A DNA stretch of 49,379 nucleotides from Pseudobdellovibrionaceae bacterium (GTDB taxonomy: Bacteria; Bdellovibrionota; Bdellovibrionia; Bdellovibrionales; Bdellovibrionaceae): NCBI GenBank assembly GCA_041288045.1, contig JBGGMM010000051.1, positions 1 through 49,379 of the forward strand, written 5' to 3'. Shown here piece by piece: positions 17,197-26,034 of the stretch (within the stretch, counting starts at the first letter, position 1; each line of letters begins with the position of its first letter). A program made the position numbers and the translations under genes. The notes under the pieces are model-generated. The model had not been told where the DNA came from and searched no databases. It saw nothing but the letters and a program-made list of their open reading frames with translations.

Positions 17197-18360
17197 ATGG
17201 CAAAATTGATCAGCATTCGTGAATTGAAAATTGATATCCCTAAAGAGGCCAAAATTCTGGCGGAGCGCATGCTTTCCGATTTGGAAAAATCCAAGCGCCC
17301 AGTTTTAGAAGCAGTGAAAACCTCTTTGGACAATTCTTATTACAATCCCAAAGTCGGATACTTACAGGCCGGCGAAAAAAGAGTGCGAACCGAACTGAAC
17401 GTCTCGTCCGTGCAGAAGCTGGCGCGAGTGGTGTTCATGCTTGAAATTCTGCTGCGCAATTTGGATATTGGTTCCGTCAATACCAAAAGGGAGCTGTATT
17501 ACATTTCAAAAGGTCTGATCAAAGGCAATCCGCGTTTGAGGCCTTTGGATTTTGACGATCAACCTGAAAGCGACACCATCATCGATTTCATTGGTGATAT
17601 GCTTCAAGTCTATCGCGAAGAGCTCAATTGCTTTGCCAATGATCGCGGTGGCCAGACTTATTCTCAAAATTTGGTGGTGACTGAAACAATGAATGATGGC
17701 GACAAAGCCACCATTGACCTTTCCACACTGGGAACGGCGCCATTTCAGCCGAAGAACAAACCTCAATCACTGAAACTGAAAGCGAAAAAGAAAATCGATT
17801 TTGCCTTGGTCATCGAATCAGAGGGTACTGCCAATACTTTGCAATCCATGGGTTTCACGAAACGAAACAACGCCATTTTGATCGGTGCTCAAGGGGTGCC
17901 TTCCAATGCAGTCCGTGGTTGGTGCAAACTGATCGAAGACGAGTTGAGTGTTCCCATGTATTTCTTTGGCGATTTGGACGCCTACACGATGCAAAACATC
18001 TTTCGAACTTTGAAAGCTGGCTCAGCAGCCTCATTGATTCGAAATGCCGATTTCTCGGCACCTGAAGTGAAATTTTTGGGAGTGCTTCCCGAAGACGTGA
18101 AAAAATATGATCTTCCCTACTACAAAGTAAAAGAGTCCGATCCAGCCGAAGCTCGAGCTTTGAAAAAAGCCAAAGACGCTCTCGAAAACGACCCCTTCTT
18201 TTTGGATAAAAAGAACAAGGGGCTTTCTGATATTCTTCGCTGGCTTTTGAAAGAAAAAATCCGTTGCGAGCAGCAGTCGCTGTTTTCTGTTGATCCAAAC
18301 GATCCGATCAAAATGGAAAAGATCATTCTCGAAAAAATCAAAAAGGGAAATTACGTCTGA
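17197..18360 (+). CDS. top6A: DNA topoisomerase VI subunit A (Spo11-like)
   Basis: TKRELYY with catalytic Tyr; TOPRIM acidic motifs VIESEG and GDLDAY; directly follows top6B. Confidence 0.93.
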   Translation: MAKLISIRELKIDIPKEAKILAERMLSDLEKSKRPVLEAVKTSLDNSYYNPKVGYLQAGEKRVRTELNVSSVQKLARVVFMLEILLRNLDIGSVNTKRELYYISKGLIKGNPRLRPLDFDDQPESDTIIDFIGDMLQVYREELNCFANDRGGQTYSQNLVVTETMNDGDKATIDLSTLGTAPFQPKNKPQSLKLKAKKKIDFALVIESEGTANTLQSMGFTKRNNAILIGAQGVPSNAVRGWCKLIEDELSVPMYFFGDLDAYTMQNIFRTLKAGSAASLIRNADFSAPEVKFLGVLPEDVKKYDLPYYKVKESDPAEARALKKAKDALENDPFFLDKKNKGLSDILRWLLKEKIRCEQQSLFSVDPNDPIKMEKIILEKIKKGNYV

Positions 18361-18374
18361 TTTTTCTACACTAT

Positions 18375-18986
18375 TTGAAATTGGGGATTGGATTTCTGAA
18401 GCTGGCAAGAAATCCAGAAAACACACCGGCTGTTTTTGATATCTCTGATTCTCTTTTGGCTTTGGGTGCTCTCACTGGCGCCAAAGCAAAATTTGCCAAA
18501 GACCCAGAAGCTTTGCAGATCATTCGCGAGCGCAAATTGATTTTCCCCTTTCATCTGGATGAATTGGTCCGAATGCCTGAAGGCTCTCTTGGTCGCACTT
18601 ACGCCGAACACATGATCAGCCAAAAACTGGATCCAAACTTTTTTCGCAACATCGAAATTAAAAACGATGCTGCATTTGTCGCTATGAGAATGCGCCAAAC
18701 CCACGATCTCTGGCACGTCGTCACCGGGTTTCAAACTTCAGTCCCAGGCGAATTGGGCCTGCAGGCCTTCGTTGCTGCCCAGACCTCACTCCCGCTCGCA
18801 CCCATTCTGATTTCAGGCGCGCTTCTCAAAGTCGGAGTTCGAAATTCAATTCTGCTGGAACCGATCATGAATGAAATTGTGAGAGGCTGGCAAATGGGCC
18901 TCAAATCCAAACCCCTCTTTTCTTTCGATTGGGAAGCCAACTGGCAAACCCCAGTCTCAAAAATCCGCGAACAGCACTTGCTCTAA
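18375..18986 (+). CDS. Coq4-like protein (start uncertain)
   Basis: MPEGSLGRTYA, THDLWHVVTGF...GE (HDxxH...E metal motif). Confidence 0.85.
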   Translation: MKLGIGFLKLARNPENTPAVFDISDSLLALGALTGAKAKFAKDPEALQIIRERKLIFPFHLDELVRMPEGSLGRTYAEHMISQKLDPNFFRNIEIKNDAAFVAMRMRQTHDLWHVVTGFQTSVPGELGLQAFVAAQTSLPLAPILISGALLKVGVRNSILLEPIMNEIVRGWQMGLKSKPLFSFDWEANWQTPVSKIREQHLL

Positions 18987-19010
18987 CACCGGCACATAAA
19001 CAAACAAACG

Positions 19011-19305
19011 AACCTAACTGTCCTAATTCCACTTGCCAGACGACCACGATGGTCGTCTGGGAGCCTTTCGCACGGACGGACACACTCACGTTTACCCTCG
19101 GCACCGCTGTGCTTGAGACTTCCCATCCACGATGTTGTCCGTTGGTACGCTATACCAACGGACAACATCGTGGATGAGGGGTCGCCGCGAAGTCATTTAC
19201 CAACGTGATGTGCGAAGCCTGCGTCTTCGCTTGATCGTGAACGTCCATGTCCGTTGCCTCACCCCTTCGGGGCTCGCCTTCGGCGAGTTTCCAGAAAACC
19301 TCAAG
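19011..19305 (+). repeat. Structured repeat family 1, full copy A (~295 bp)
   Basis: Colinear with 24588-24882; 11-bp hairpin, perfect 24-bp inverted repeat 19124-19176, three small 3' hairpins. Confidence 0.95.
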
Positions 19306-19323
19306 GCTGAGCTGGTTTTGGAA

Positions 19324-19758
19324 TTATTGGAGTTGAAAATTTGCGAAATTTTCTGGGTCTCTTGAAGATTCGGAAAAATCTTTTGTGACGAAACCGGATT
19401 CGATAATTCTGCCTTCTTGGCAATCTTCAAAACTGGAAGGGTTGTGCGGCTCCAGGCGACAGCTGCTGGTATCCCAGGCGCGAGAAGAATAAGTGATGCG
19501 GTAACCGATGAAGGCTTGGGAGAGGTACAGCTTTTCGATCAAGTCGATTTGGACTTTTTCGTCAGCAAAAAACTCACCTTCTAAAATTGTGTCGGCCCAA
19601 ATGGATGAAAGATCGATGGCAGCTAGGTGGAGGTTTTCGCGAATCGAAACTGGCAGAGCGGCGACTTGTTCGTCAGTGAGTGGGTTTCGACGGATAGAAG
19701 TGTCTGCAAAAGCTGAAAAGCTCAGAAGAAAAAAAAGACTCAAGATGCTGCTTTTCAC
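19324..19758 (-). CDS. Hypothetical secreted protein
   Basis: GGAGG before GTG 19758; signal peptide VKSSILSLFFLLSFSAFA; IWADTILEG motif. Confidence 0.75.
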   Translation of the reverse strand: MKSSILSLFFLLSFSAFADTSIRRNPLTDEQVAALPVSIRENLHLAAIDLSSIWADTILEGEFFADEKVQIDLIEKLYLSQAFIGYRITYSSRAWDTSSCRLEPHNPSSFEDCQEGRIIESGFVTKDFSESSRDPENFANFQLQ

Positions 19759-19871
19759 AATGCCTCCAATCGATGATCTGACGATACGCTTCGAATGGAG
19801 GCTTGTGGAATGTTTGGTTCTCATTTTACTATTCATAAAATGAATAGTAGAGGCATCGCGCTAGCATTCGG

Positions 19872-20429
19872 CTAGCGGGTGACTGCGTAAATTTCGGGTC
19901 CGTTGGGACCATCCATTTGCAAACAAGGACCGACAAAAGTGTAATTGCGAGGTGGTGTCGCATGTGAGATCGCAGTGCAGGTGACTGTGCTTCCACTGAC
20001 TCCCATGGCGCTGATGGACCGCGAATCCTCTTCAGTCACTTCAATTGTAGCCGGAGTGATGATCGCGTTGCCACCCACAGAAGCTCTCACTTGGATTCCA
20101 TCTCCAGAGCAGAAAGCGACCGTGAACATGGTGTCTTCATCAAATTCATAGACATATTTTCTTTTGATTCCGTCACTTCCTTCGAATTCTTTGTACCACA
20201 TACCTTCAAACAGTTGTGTGGGCTCAACAGCGGGACCCACGCATTCCGATGTGTTGGTGATTTCCGTCAGCACGACATCGGGACTTCCGTTGCCAGCGCC
20301 GCCTTCTTCGCCATTGTTTGCGTCATTGCCGCCTCCCTGTTCTGGAATGGGTGAATGCGCATTCTCACCTGGAGAACTGCATGCTGCCAGTCCTGTCACT
20401 AAAACTGCCATCAAGAAAATCTTTTTCAT
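19872..20429 (-). CDS. Hypothetical lipoprotein
   Basis: AGGAG before ATG 20429; lipobox LAAC; Gly/Asn-rich linker, then a beta-rich domain with 4 Cys. Confidence 0.8.
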   Translation of the reverse strand: MKKIFLMAVLVTGLAACSSPGENAHSPIPEQGGGNDANNGEEGGAGNGSPDVVLTEITNTSECVGPAVEPTQLFEGMWYKEFEGSDGIKRKYVYEFDEDTMFTVAFCSGDGIQVRASVGGNAIITPATIEVTEEDSRSISAMGVSGSTVTCTAISHATPPRNYTFVGPCLQMDGPNGPEIYAVTR

Positions 20430-20800
20430 AAGTTGCTCCTTAGTTTTTTGAAAAACGTCTCCTTGCTCTTTCGAGCGAGCGCTGAAAAGATTTGCACTCA
20501 AAAAAATCCCGATCAAGAGAAGTTTGATGAAAGACATGGCAGTTTTTTGTAAAGGGGAAAGAGTCCACGAAACACTCAGAAATAAGAGGGAAAACTTGTC
20601 AGTTTGAACCTGTCGACCAGGGCAAAAAACCCGACACCCCAATTGGTTTCTTCGCCATAACAGTCAACTGCATTTTGATTCTAACGTGACTGCTCGCCAT
20701 TGCCGAAAAATGTCAAAACTTTGGACAGCTCGAGAAGCTTTTTCAATCTCTTGGAGTGGTGCTTTCATCGACTCGAATCCAGGATTAGAGTCGATCGATC

Positions 20801-21649
20801 ATGAAAAATGTTGTGCTTTTCCTTTTTTGCCTGGCCCTTCTTTCTTGCGTTCGTCACGAGAAGCCCAATCTCGAGGATCGCTATCAAGTGATTCAAAGCA
20901 AGATCGATCAAAAAGAGTATGACCAAGCCGAGAGTGAACTGGTTTCCATTTTGGAAAAGGATCCGCAAAATGAAAGAGCCAGGATGATTTTGGCTTCAGT
21001 TTCCGTTCACAGAGCTGGGATTACTCTAAAAGATTACTTTTTGTTGGAAAGTCTTTCGCATCTTGAGGACGATCCATCCATTGAAGTTCTGAAATTAAAC
21101 GAGCTTGAAAAATTAAAGCTGCCAACCGATACAGGTTCGCAAAAGGCTTTGGAATTTTTAAAACAGATCAGTCATGTTGCCGGACGGGCCGTTGAGATTA
21201 GCAACAAATTCGAACAGGTGACATTGGTTTCGGAAGATGGTGCAAATCAGCTCTATCAAGCGCTCAACGAAATGGAAAAAATTAAAACCCCCCAAAGCGG
21301 AAACGCTCTTTACCGGGGAGTGATCAAGCTCTTTTATTTCAAGTACCTTTGGGAAAATGGAAAGTTTCTCAAATTCGGGAACCGCCAATTCTGTCTTGAG
21401 AAAATCAACTCTTTGAGTGTGCGTTTAGAAGGCTTTCATCGATTCACTTTGGGAATGGTTCGCGATGTCAGTCAGGGTTTCCCGAAAAGTCAGAGCGAAT
21501 TTGAAACTCAAATCCAAAATTTGGATCGCGGCTTTTTGGATGCGAGAAAGTTTTTAGTGCAAGTGAAAGATGCCACAAGAAACTTCCAGGAAACCTTGCA
21601 GGACACACTTTTGAAAGATCAATTGGATGGCTGGAAATGCGAATTTTAA
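20801..21649 (+). CDS. Helical (TPR-like) lipoprotein
   Basis: Lipobox LLSC; YDQAESELVSILEKDPQNERARMILA is TPR-like. Confidence 0.75.
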   Translation: MKNVVLFLFCLALLSCVRHEKPNLEDRYQVIQSKIDQKEYDQAESELVSILEKDPQNERARMILASVSVHRAGITLKDYFLLESLSHLEDDPSIEVLKLNELEKLKLPTDTGSQKALEFLKQISHVAGRAVEISNKFEQVTLVSEDGANQLYQALNEMEKIKTPQSGNALYRGVIKLFYFKYLWENGKFLKFGNRQFCLEKINSLSVRLEGFHRFTLGMVRDVSQGFPKSQSEFETQIQNLDRGFLDARKFLVQVKDATRNFQETLQDTLLKDQLDGWKCEF

Positions 21650-22707
21650 TTTTGTTCTTCATTTTTATTTCGTGTGCTTGGGCACAGGCCGCTTCTGTTT
21701 TAAAATCCGGGGCTTCGCATTTTTTTGAAAATGGCGATCGAAGCTTTCTTTCGCATTCGGTCTTGGGGCCTGTCTGTTCCACTGTTCGCACCATCCGAGC
21801 TGAGCCTACTTGCAATCCCGCTTTGTTGGGTGAAAATCAAATGTGGTCACATGGAGTTTTTGGGGCGAATTTGTTTTTTGGAAATGATATCGACACTCTC
21901 TACAAAAATCGGGATCTCATCGCAGGAGAGGATAAAATGAAGCTCGCCCAGAGCTTGCTGTCAGAAACAGAGCCGGTGAGTTTCGAGGCTTCGACACTTA
22001 TTTGGTGGCGAGCAGAAAAAATGGCGCTCTCCTTTCAGCCGCAGCGAATGACTTATTTTTCAGACGTTCGCAACCAGTCTTATCCGGATGTGGCGATTCA
22101 TGGAATGCAGGAGCAATCGCTGCAGGGTCAGATTGGTGGATTTGTCAGCGAAAACTGGCGGGCAGGATTGCAGCTGCGCTTTCTGGATCGTCGGTTTGTG
22201 TATGAAGAGTTCAATCTTTTTGAAGCTCTGCCAACGCTTGATGAGCAATTTCAAGTGAAAAATCAAAGAGCTGTTTTTGTTGAACCAGGAGTTGCCTATG
22301 AACTCAATCAGACAGAAGACTTGCAGCAGTGGCAGCCGCTTCTGTCGTTAAGTGCCTCGCAAACCGGATGGGTGGACCGCAATTACGATGAAATTCCTGT
22401 GGAGCCGATTGTCGATGCGGGAGTGAGTATTTCTCCGCCAATCGCACTCGGAGAATGGGAGTTGGGTCTGAATTACCGTTGGACTGCCAATGTGTCTGAA
22501 GCTCGTAAGTTTCGATGGGGGACTTTGTATCGTTTGGATTTCATTGAACTGTATGCTGGCTATGATCCTGATGAATGGGCCCTTGGCTTGAGTGCGAATG
22601 TTCGGGCCTTGAGTGCCGGCTGGATGTACAAACGAACTCAACTTGGTGATTCCGCGGCAAAAGCTTTTGAAGACTCGCATTTTTTCGAATTGCGCTTGGC
22701 TTTTTGA
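21637..22707 (+). CDS. Putative outer-membrane beta-barrel protein
   Basis: Signal peptide, amphipathic beta strands, C-terminal beta-signal FELRLAF. Confidence 0.7.
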   Translation: MRILILFFIFISCAWAQAASVLKSGASHFFENGDRSFLSHSVLGPVCSTVRTIRAEPTCNPALLGENQMWSHGVFGANLFFGNDIDTLYKNRDLIAGEDKMKLAQSLLSETEPVSFEASTLIWWRAEKMALSFQPQRMTYFSDVRNQSYPDVAIHGMQEQSLQGQIGGFVSENWRAGLQLRFLDRRFVYEEFNLFEALPTLDEQFQVKNQRAVFVEPGVAYELNQTEDLQQWQPLLSLSASQTGWVDRNYDEIPVEPIVDAGVSISPPIALGEWELGLNYRWTANVSEARKFRWGTLYRLDFIELYAGYDPDEWALGLSANVRALSAGWMYKRTQLGDSAAKAFEDSHFFELRLAF

Positions 22708-22819
22708 TCCCTTGACTCGCACAGTCAGTTGCTTTGATCCCTGTCAATGAACACAAAATTCAGGTGACTCCCTTTTGCGGCCAGAATAGACAGATCCCAG
22801 ATTTCATCAGGGAGAATCT

Positions 22820-24490
22820 ATGAAAAAACTGGTTTTTGCTTTGGCTTTGGCAGTTTCCATTTTCGCTCAGGCGCAAAAGGGAGCGATCGATGATCGGTCT
22901 CGCACGAAAATGCAACAGGAACTCGATTTTATCGGTTCACTTTTTTCCACGGCCTATGCGCCTCGGGTTTGGAAGCAAACTCATTTGGGTTGGGATCTTT
23001 CGGCTCAAATGTCTTTGGCTCAGGCTCGATTGGCAGCCGCGCAGAATATGGATGAAGCCCGCCGTGTGGTTGCGGATCTTCTCTATTCAACAGCCGATTA
23101 CCATGTTGGATTTTCATTTTTTTCCACTGAAGTTGCCACTTTGCCTTTTCAAGTCAAAACCGTTCAGGGGAAGACTCTGATTGTGTATGTGGATCGCAGC
23201 AAATTGGGTGATGAAGCTTTCCCCTTTCAGGTTGGCGATGAGCTTTTGACAATGAATGGTGTTCCCGTTTCGCAGGTTCTTGGCGAAATGGTGAAAATCA
23301 ATGGAGCCAATGTTCCTGGAACTGATCTGGCTATTGCTGATTTGAATGTGACTCGCCGACGTGGAGCGCGTGGGATTTTCAATGTGCCCAATGGTCCTGT
23401 CGCAGTTTCTGTGAAACGTGCTACCGATGATTCTGTTGGAACAGCTCAGCTGGTTTGGGAGTACACTCCAGAAGAATTGCACCGCGGATCGGGCCAGCTT
23501 TTAAGCCGAAATCAAAGTTCTTTCTTGTCACGCAAAATGATCTCTCCGCGCGCCATGGATTTCATGACTGCGGATGAAAATCCTTACGGGTTGGGTGGCC
23601 GCAAGCCCTTCTTGCCAAATTTAGGAGAACGAGTCTGGGAGACGGCAGCTGATAATACTTTCGATGCTTATATCTACAGAAATGAAGAAGGCCGACTGAT
23701 CGGTGTCGTTCGCATTTTTGGATACATTGTTGATGATTACAAAAAAGCGATCAGCGATTTCACTGGCATCATGACTCATTTCCAAAAACACACCGAAGCC
23801 ATGGTGATTGATCAGAATAACAATCCGGGCGGATCTGTTTTCTATCTTTATGCTCTGGCTTCTTTGGTCTCAGATCAAACATTGACAGTGCCTCGTCATC
23901 AGATTGCTATTTTGGATTCCGACGCCCAAGAGTGTGTGGATTTCCAAAAGACTCTCGTTGGTGTGAAAAACGATACGGATGCTCAAAAAGTATTGGGTGA
24001 AGAAATGGACGGATACCCAGCCACTTACCAGTTGGCTTTGGGAATTTCTGACTATTGCAACTTTTTGATGAAAGAATACAACGCCGGAAAATTTTTGTCC
24101 GAGCCTTACTATCTCTGGGGCGTGGATAAAATCACTCCAAACAAATCGGCGTACACAAAGCCCATCGCGATTTTGGTGAATCAGTTGGATTTCTCGGGCG
24201 GCGATTTCTTCCCAGCGATTTTGCAAGACAACAAACGAGTGACGGTCGTCGGGGTGCGCACAGCTGGCGCTGGCGGTTACGTTCAAGATGTCCAGTACCC
24301 AAGTGCCTTTGGACTGCAGCATTTTTCGTTCACAGGATCTCTAGCTGAGCGAGTGAATCTGCAACCCATCGAAAATCTCGGCGTCACTCCAGACGTCGCA
24401 TTGGAAATGACAGTTGATGACGTCCGCAACAGCTACAAAAACTACCTCGACGGAGTCCGCACAGTCGTCAAAGGCCTCGTCAGCAAATAA
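22820..24490 (+). CDS. Secreted S41 peptidase, CPAF-like
   Basis: Signal peptide; YAP..WK; DYHVGF (His); PDZ-like GDELL; IDQNNNPGG; DFSGGDFFPAILQDN (catalytic Ser); TAGAGG; IENLGVTPD. Confidence 0.88.
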   Translation: MKKLVFALALAVSIFAQAQKGAIDDRSRTKMQQELDFIGSLFSTAYAPRVWKQTHLGWDLSAQMSLAQARLAAAQNMDEARRVVADLLYSTADYHVGFSFFSTEVATLPFQVKTVQGKTLIVYVDRSKLGDEAFPFQVGDELLTMNGVPVSQVLGEMVKINGANVPGTDLAIADLNVTRRRGARGIFNVPNGPVAVSVKRATDDSVGTAQLVWEYTPEELHRGSGQLLSRNQSSFLSRKMISPRAMDFMTADENPYGLGGRKPFLPNLGERVWETAADNTFDAYIYRNEEGRLIGVVRIFGYIVDDYKKAISDFTGIMTHFQKHTEAMVIDQNNNPGGSVFYLYALASLVSDQTLTVPRHQIAILDSDAQECVDFQKTLVGVKNDTDAQKVLGEEMDGYPATYQLALGISDYCNFLMKEYNAGKFLSEPYYLWGVDKITPNKSAYTKPIAILVNQLDFSGGDFFPAILQDNKRVTVVGVRTAGAGGYVQDVQYPSAFGLQHFSFTGSLAERVNLQPIENLGVTPDVALEMTVDDVRNSYKNYLDGVRTVVKGLVSK

Positions 24491-24522
24491 TTCAGCAAGC
24501 AAAAACAAAAAGAATAAAACTC

Positions 24523-24551
24523 AAAAAGGCGGTCTCAGGATCGCCTTTTTT
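24523..24551. terminator. Bidirectional-type rho-independent terminator
   Basis: AAAAA-GGCGGTC-tcag-GATCGCC-TTTTTT. Confidence 0.85.
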
Positions 24552-24587
24552 ATTCATGTTCATGTCACAGCCAACACACAAATCAGC

Positions 24588-24882
24588 AACCGAGCTGTCC
24601 CAAATCCACTTGCCAGACGGCCACGATGGCCGTCTGGGAGCCTTCGCACGGACGGACACACTTTCCGTTTACCACCGGCACCGCTGTGCTTGAGCCCCCT
24701 CATCCACGATGTTGTCCGTTGGTATGGTGTGCCGACGGACAACATCGTGGATGAGGGGGCGTCGCAAATTAATTTGGTGAGGTGGTGTGCGAAGCCCACA
24801 TCTTCGCCTGATCGTGAACATCCATGTCCGTTGCCTCACCCCTTCGGGGTCCGCCTTTGGCGGATTTCCAGAAAACCTTAAG
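24588..24882 (+). repeat. Structured repeat family 1, full copy B (~295 bp)
   Basis: Colinear with 19011-19305; 31-bp stem 24694-24760 with two G-T pairs. Confidence 0.95.
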
Positions 24883-24917
24883 CTTAAGGATGAGGAGTGG
24901 GAAAGGAAAGAGCGGTA

Positions 24918-25481
24918 TTACCGGCGGATCGGAAAATAATACGTTGTTGTCATCGATTCTTGGGAGTGGATTTCGTAGACTTCGAGGACTGCTTCTTCAA
25001 GACGGAGTCTTTGTTCGGAGGCGTATTGGTAGACTTTTGGGTAGACTTTCATGGGACCGATGCCGGGTGAGCCTTCGAATTTGGCTGTGACATAATTTTT
25101 TTCTTCGATGGTTTTTGCTTGAAAGCCTTCGGGGATTTGGACTGGTGGATTTTCTAAGAGGCAGCCGCCGTTGGAGCGCAGTCGAGCTTCTTCGGTTTGA
25201 GAAGGGCTGTCCAAATATTCGCCAAACGAGAGTTTGCAGCTGAGACCTTGTTCTTTGGCCCATTTTTCGACTTCTTCGATGACTGGGACAATTTTGTGAT
25301 AGGGACCGACATGGGTTTTATAGACGAGATGAAAGGGGCCCGCTTTTTTTTCTTGAATCACGACCGGGCGAAATGCTCCTAGATAATTCATCAAGTAAAC
25401 CACGAAGACGATGATGGCGATCAAGAGAGGCAAAAGCAAATAACGAATCGAGATTTGAAATCCTTTTTTCTCTTCGCTCAT
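24918..25481 (-). CDS. Membrane-anchored GyrI-like small-molecule-binding protein
   Basis: N-terminal TM; HVGPYHKI, FGEYLDSP, LEVYE; ATGA overlap with the upstream gene. Confidence 0.8.
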   Translation of the reverse strand: MSEEKKGFQISIRYLLLPLLIAIIVFVVYLMNYLGAFRPVVIQEKKAGPFHLVYKTHVGPYHKIVPVIEEVEKWAKEQGLSCKLSFGEYLDSPSQTEEARLRSNGGCLLENPPVQIPEGFQAKTIEEKNYVTAKFEGSPGIGPMKVYPKVYQYASEQRLRLEEAVLEVYEIHSQESMTTTYYFPIRR

Positions 25482-26032
25482 GCTTGGGACCATTTGATAT
25501 TGCAGCCCATGGAAGGGGTTTGCTTTTCAGGAGCCTTCTGATTTTTGACCAAAAGTTGAGCGGCTTCAAAGAGCTCTTTTTTTGTCACTTTGCTGGGATC
25601 TTTCCAAGAGTCATCGAGTCGGCCACGATAGGCCAAGTGTCCGCTGGAATCATAGAGAAAAAAATCGGGAGTGCAAACGGCGCCAAAAGCATGCGCCACT
25701 TTTTGATCGGCATCATGCAGGTAAGGAAAGGTGTATTCTTTTTCTTTCCACCTTTTTTGCAGATTTTCAAAACTGTCTTCAGGATTATCGATCCAGTCAT
25801 TCGAGCAGATTGCGACAGTTGAGACGCCGATCGATTTCAAATCCCGGCCCAAGGCAATCAAGCGATCCTCAATGGCTTTCACATAGGGACAGTGATTGCA
25901 AATGAACATCACTAAAAAAGGTTTTCCATTTTTAAAATCAGAAAGCGAATATTCTTTTTCATCGACGGCAGGCAAGCGAAAGTCGGGGCAGGGACGGCCG
26001 AGCTCGGCTTCGGGTGTGTAGGTCAAAGCCAT
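25478..26032 (-). CDS. Thioredoxin-like AhpC/TSA family protein
   Basis: FICNHCPYV, GAVCTPDFF, YRGRLDD, SMGCNIKW. Confidence 0.93.
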   Translation of the reverse strand: MALTYTPEAELGRPCPDFRLPAVDEKEYSLSDFKNGKPFLVMFICNHCPYVKAIEDRLIALGRDLKSIGVSTVAICSNDWIDNPEDSFENLQKRWKEKEYTFPYLHDADQKVAHAFGAVCTPDFFLYDSSGHLAYRGRLDDSWKDPSKVTKKELFEAAQLLVKNQKAPEKQTPSMGCNIKWSQA

Positions 26033-26034
26033 AA

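Noticed and set aside
15385..18360. Wadjet/JetD or Topo VIII defence or mobile system
   Set aside because: Canonical split top6B-top6A with no SMC-like jetABC and no mobile context
19011..19305. CRISPR array or retron msr-msd interpretation of the repeats
   Set aside because: No tandem repeat-spacer periodicity, no cas genes and no reverse transcriptase in the window
18901..19430. Short ORFs at 18.9-19.4 kb, 24.4-24.9 kb and 7.4-7.65 kb with similar translations (e.g. MLSVG..YQRTTSWM)
   Set aside because: They arise from the palindromic repeat; frames are not preserved between copies and there is no RBS
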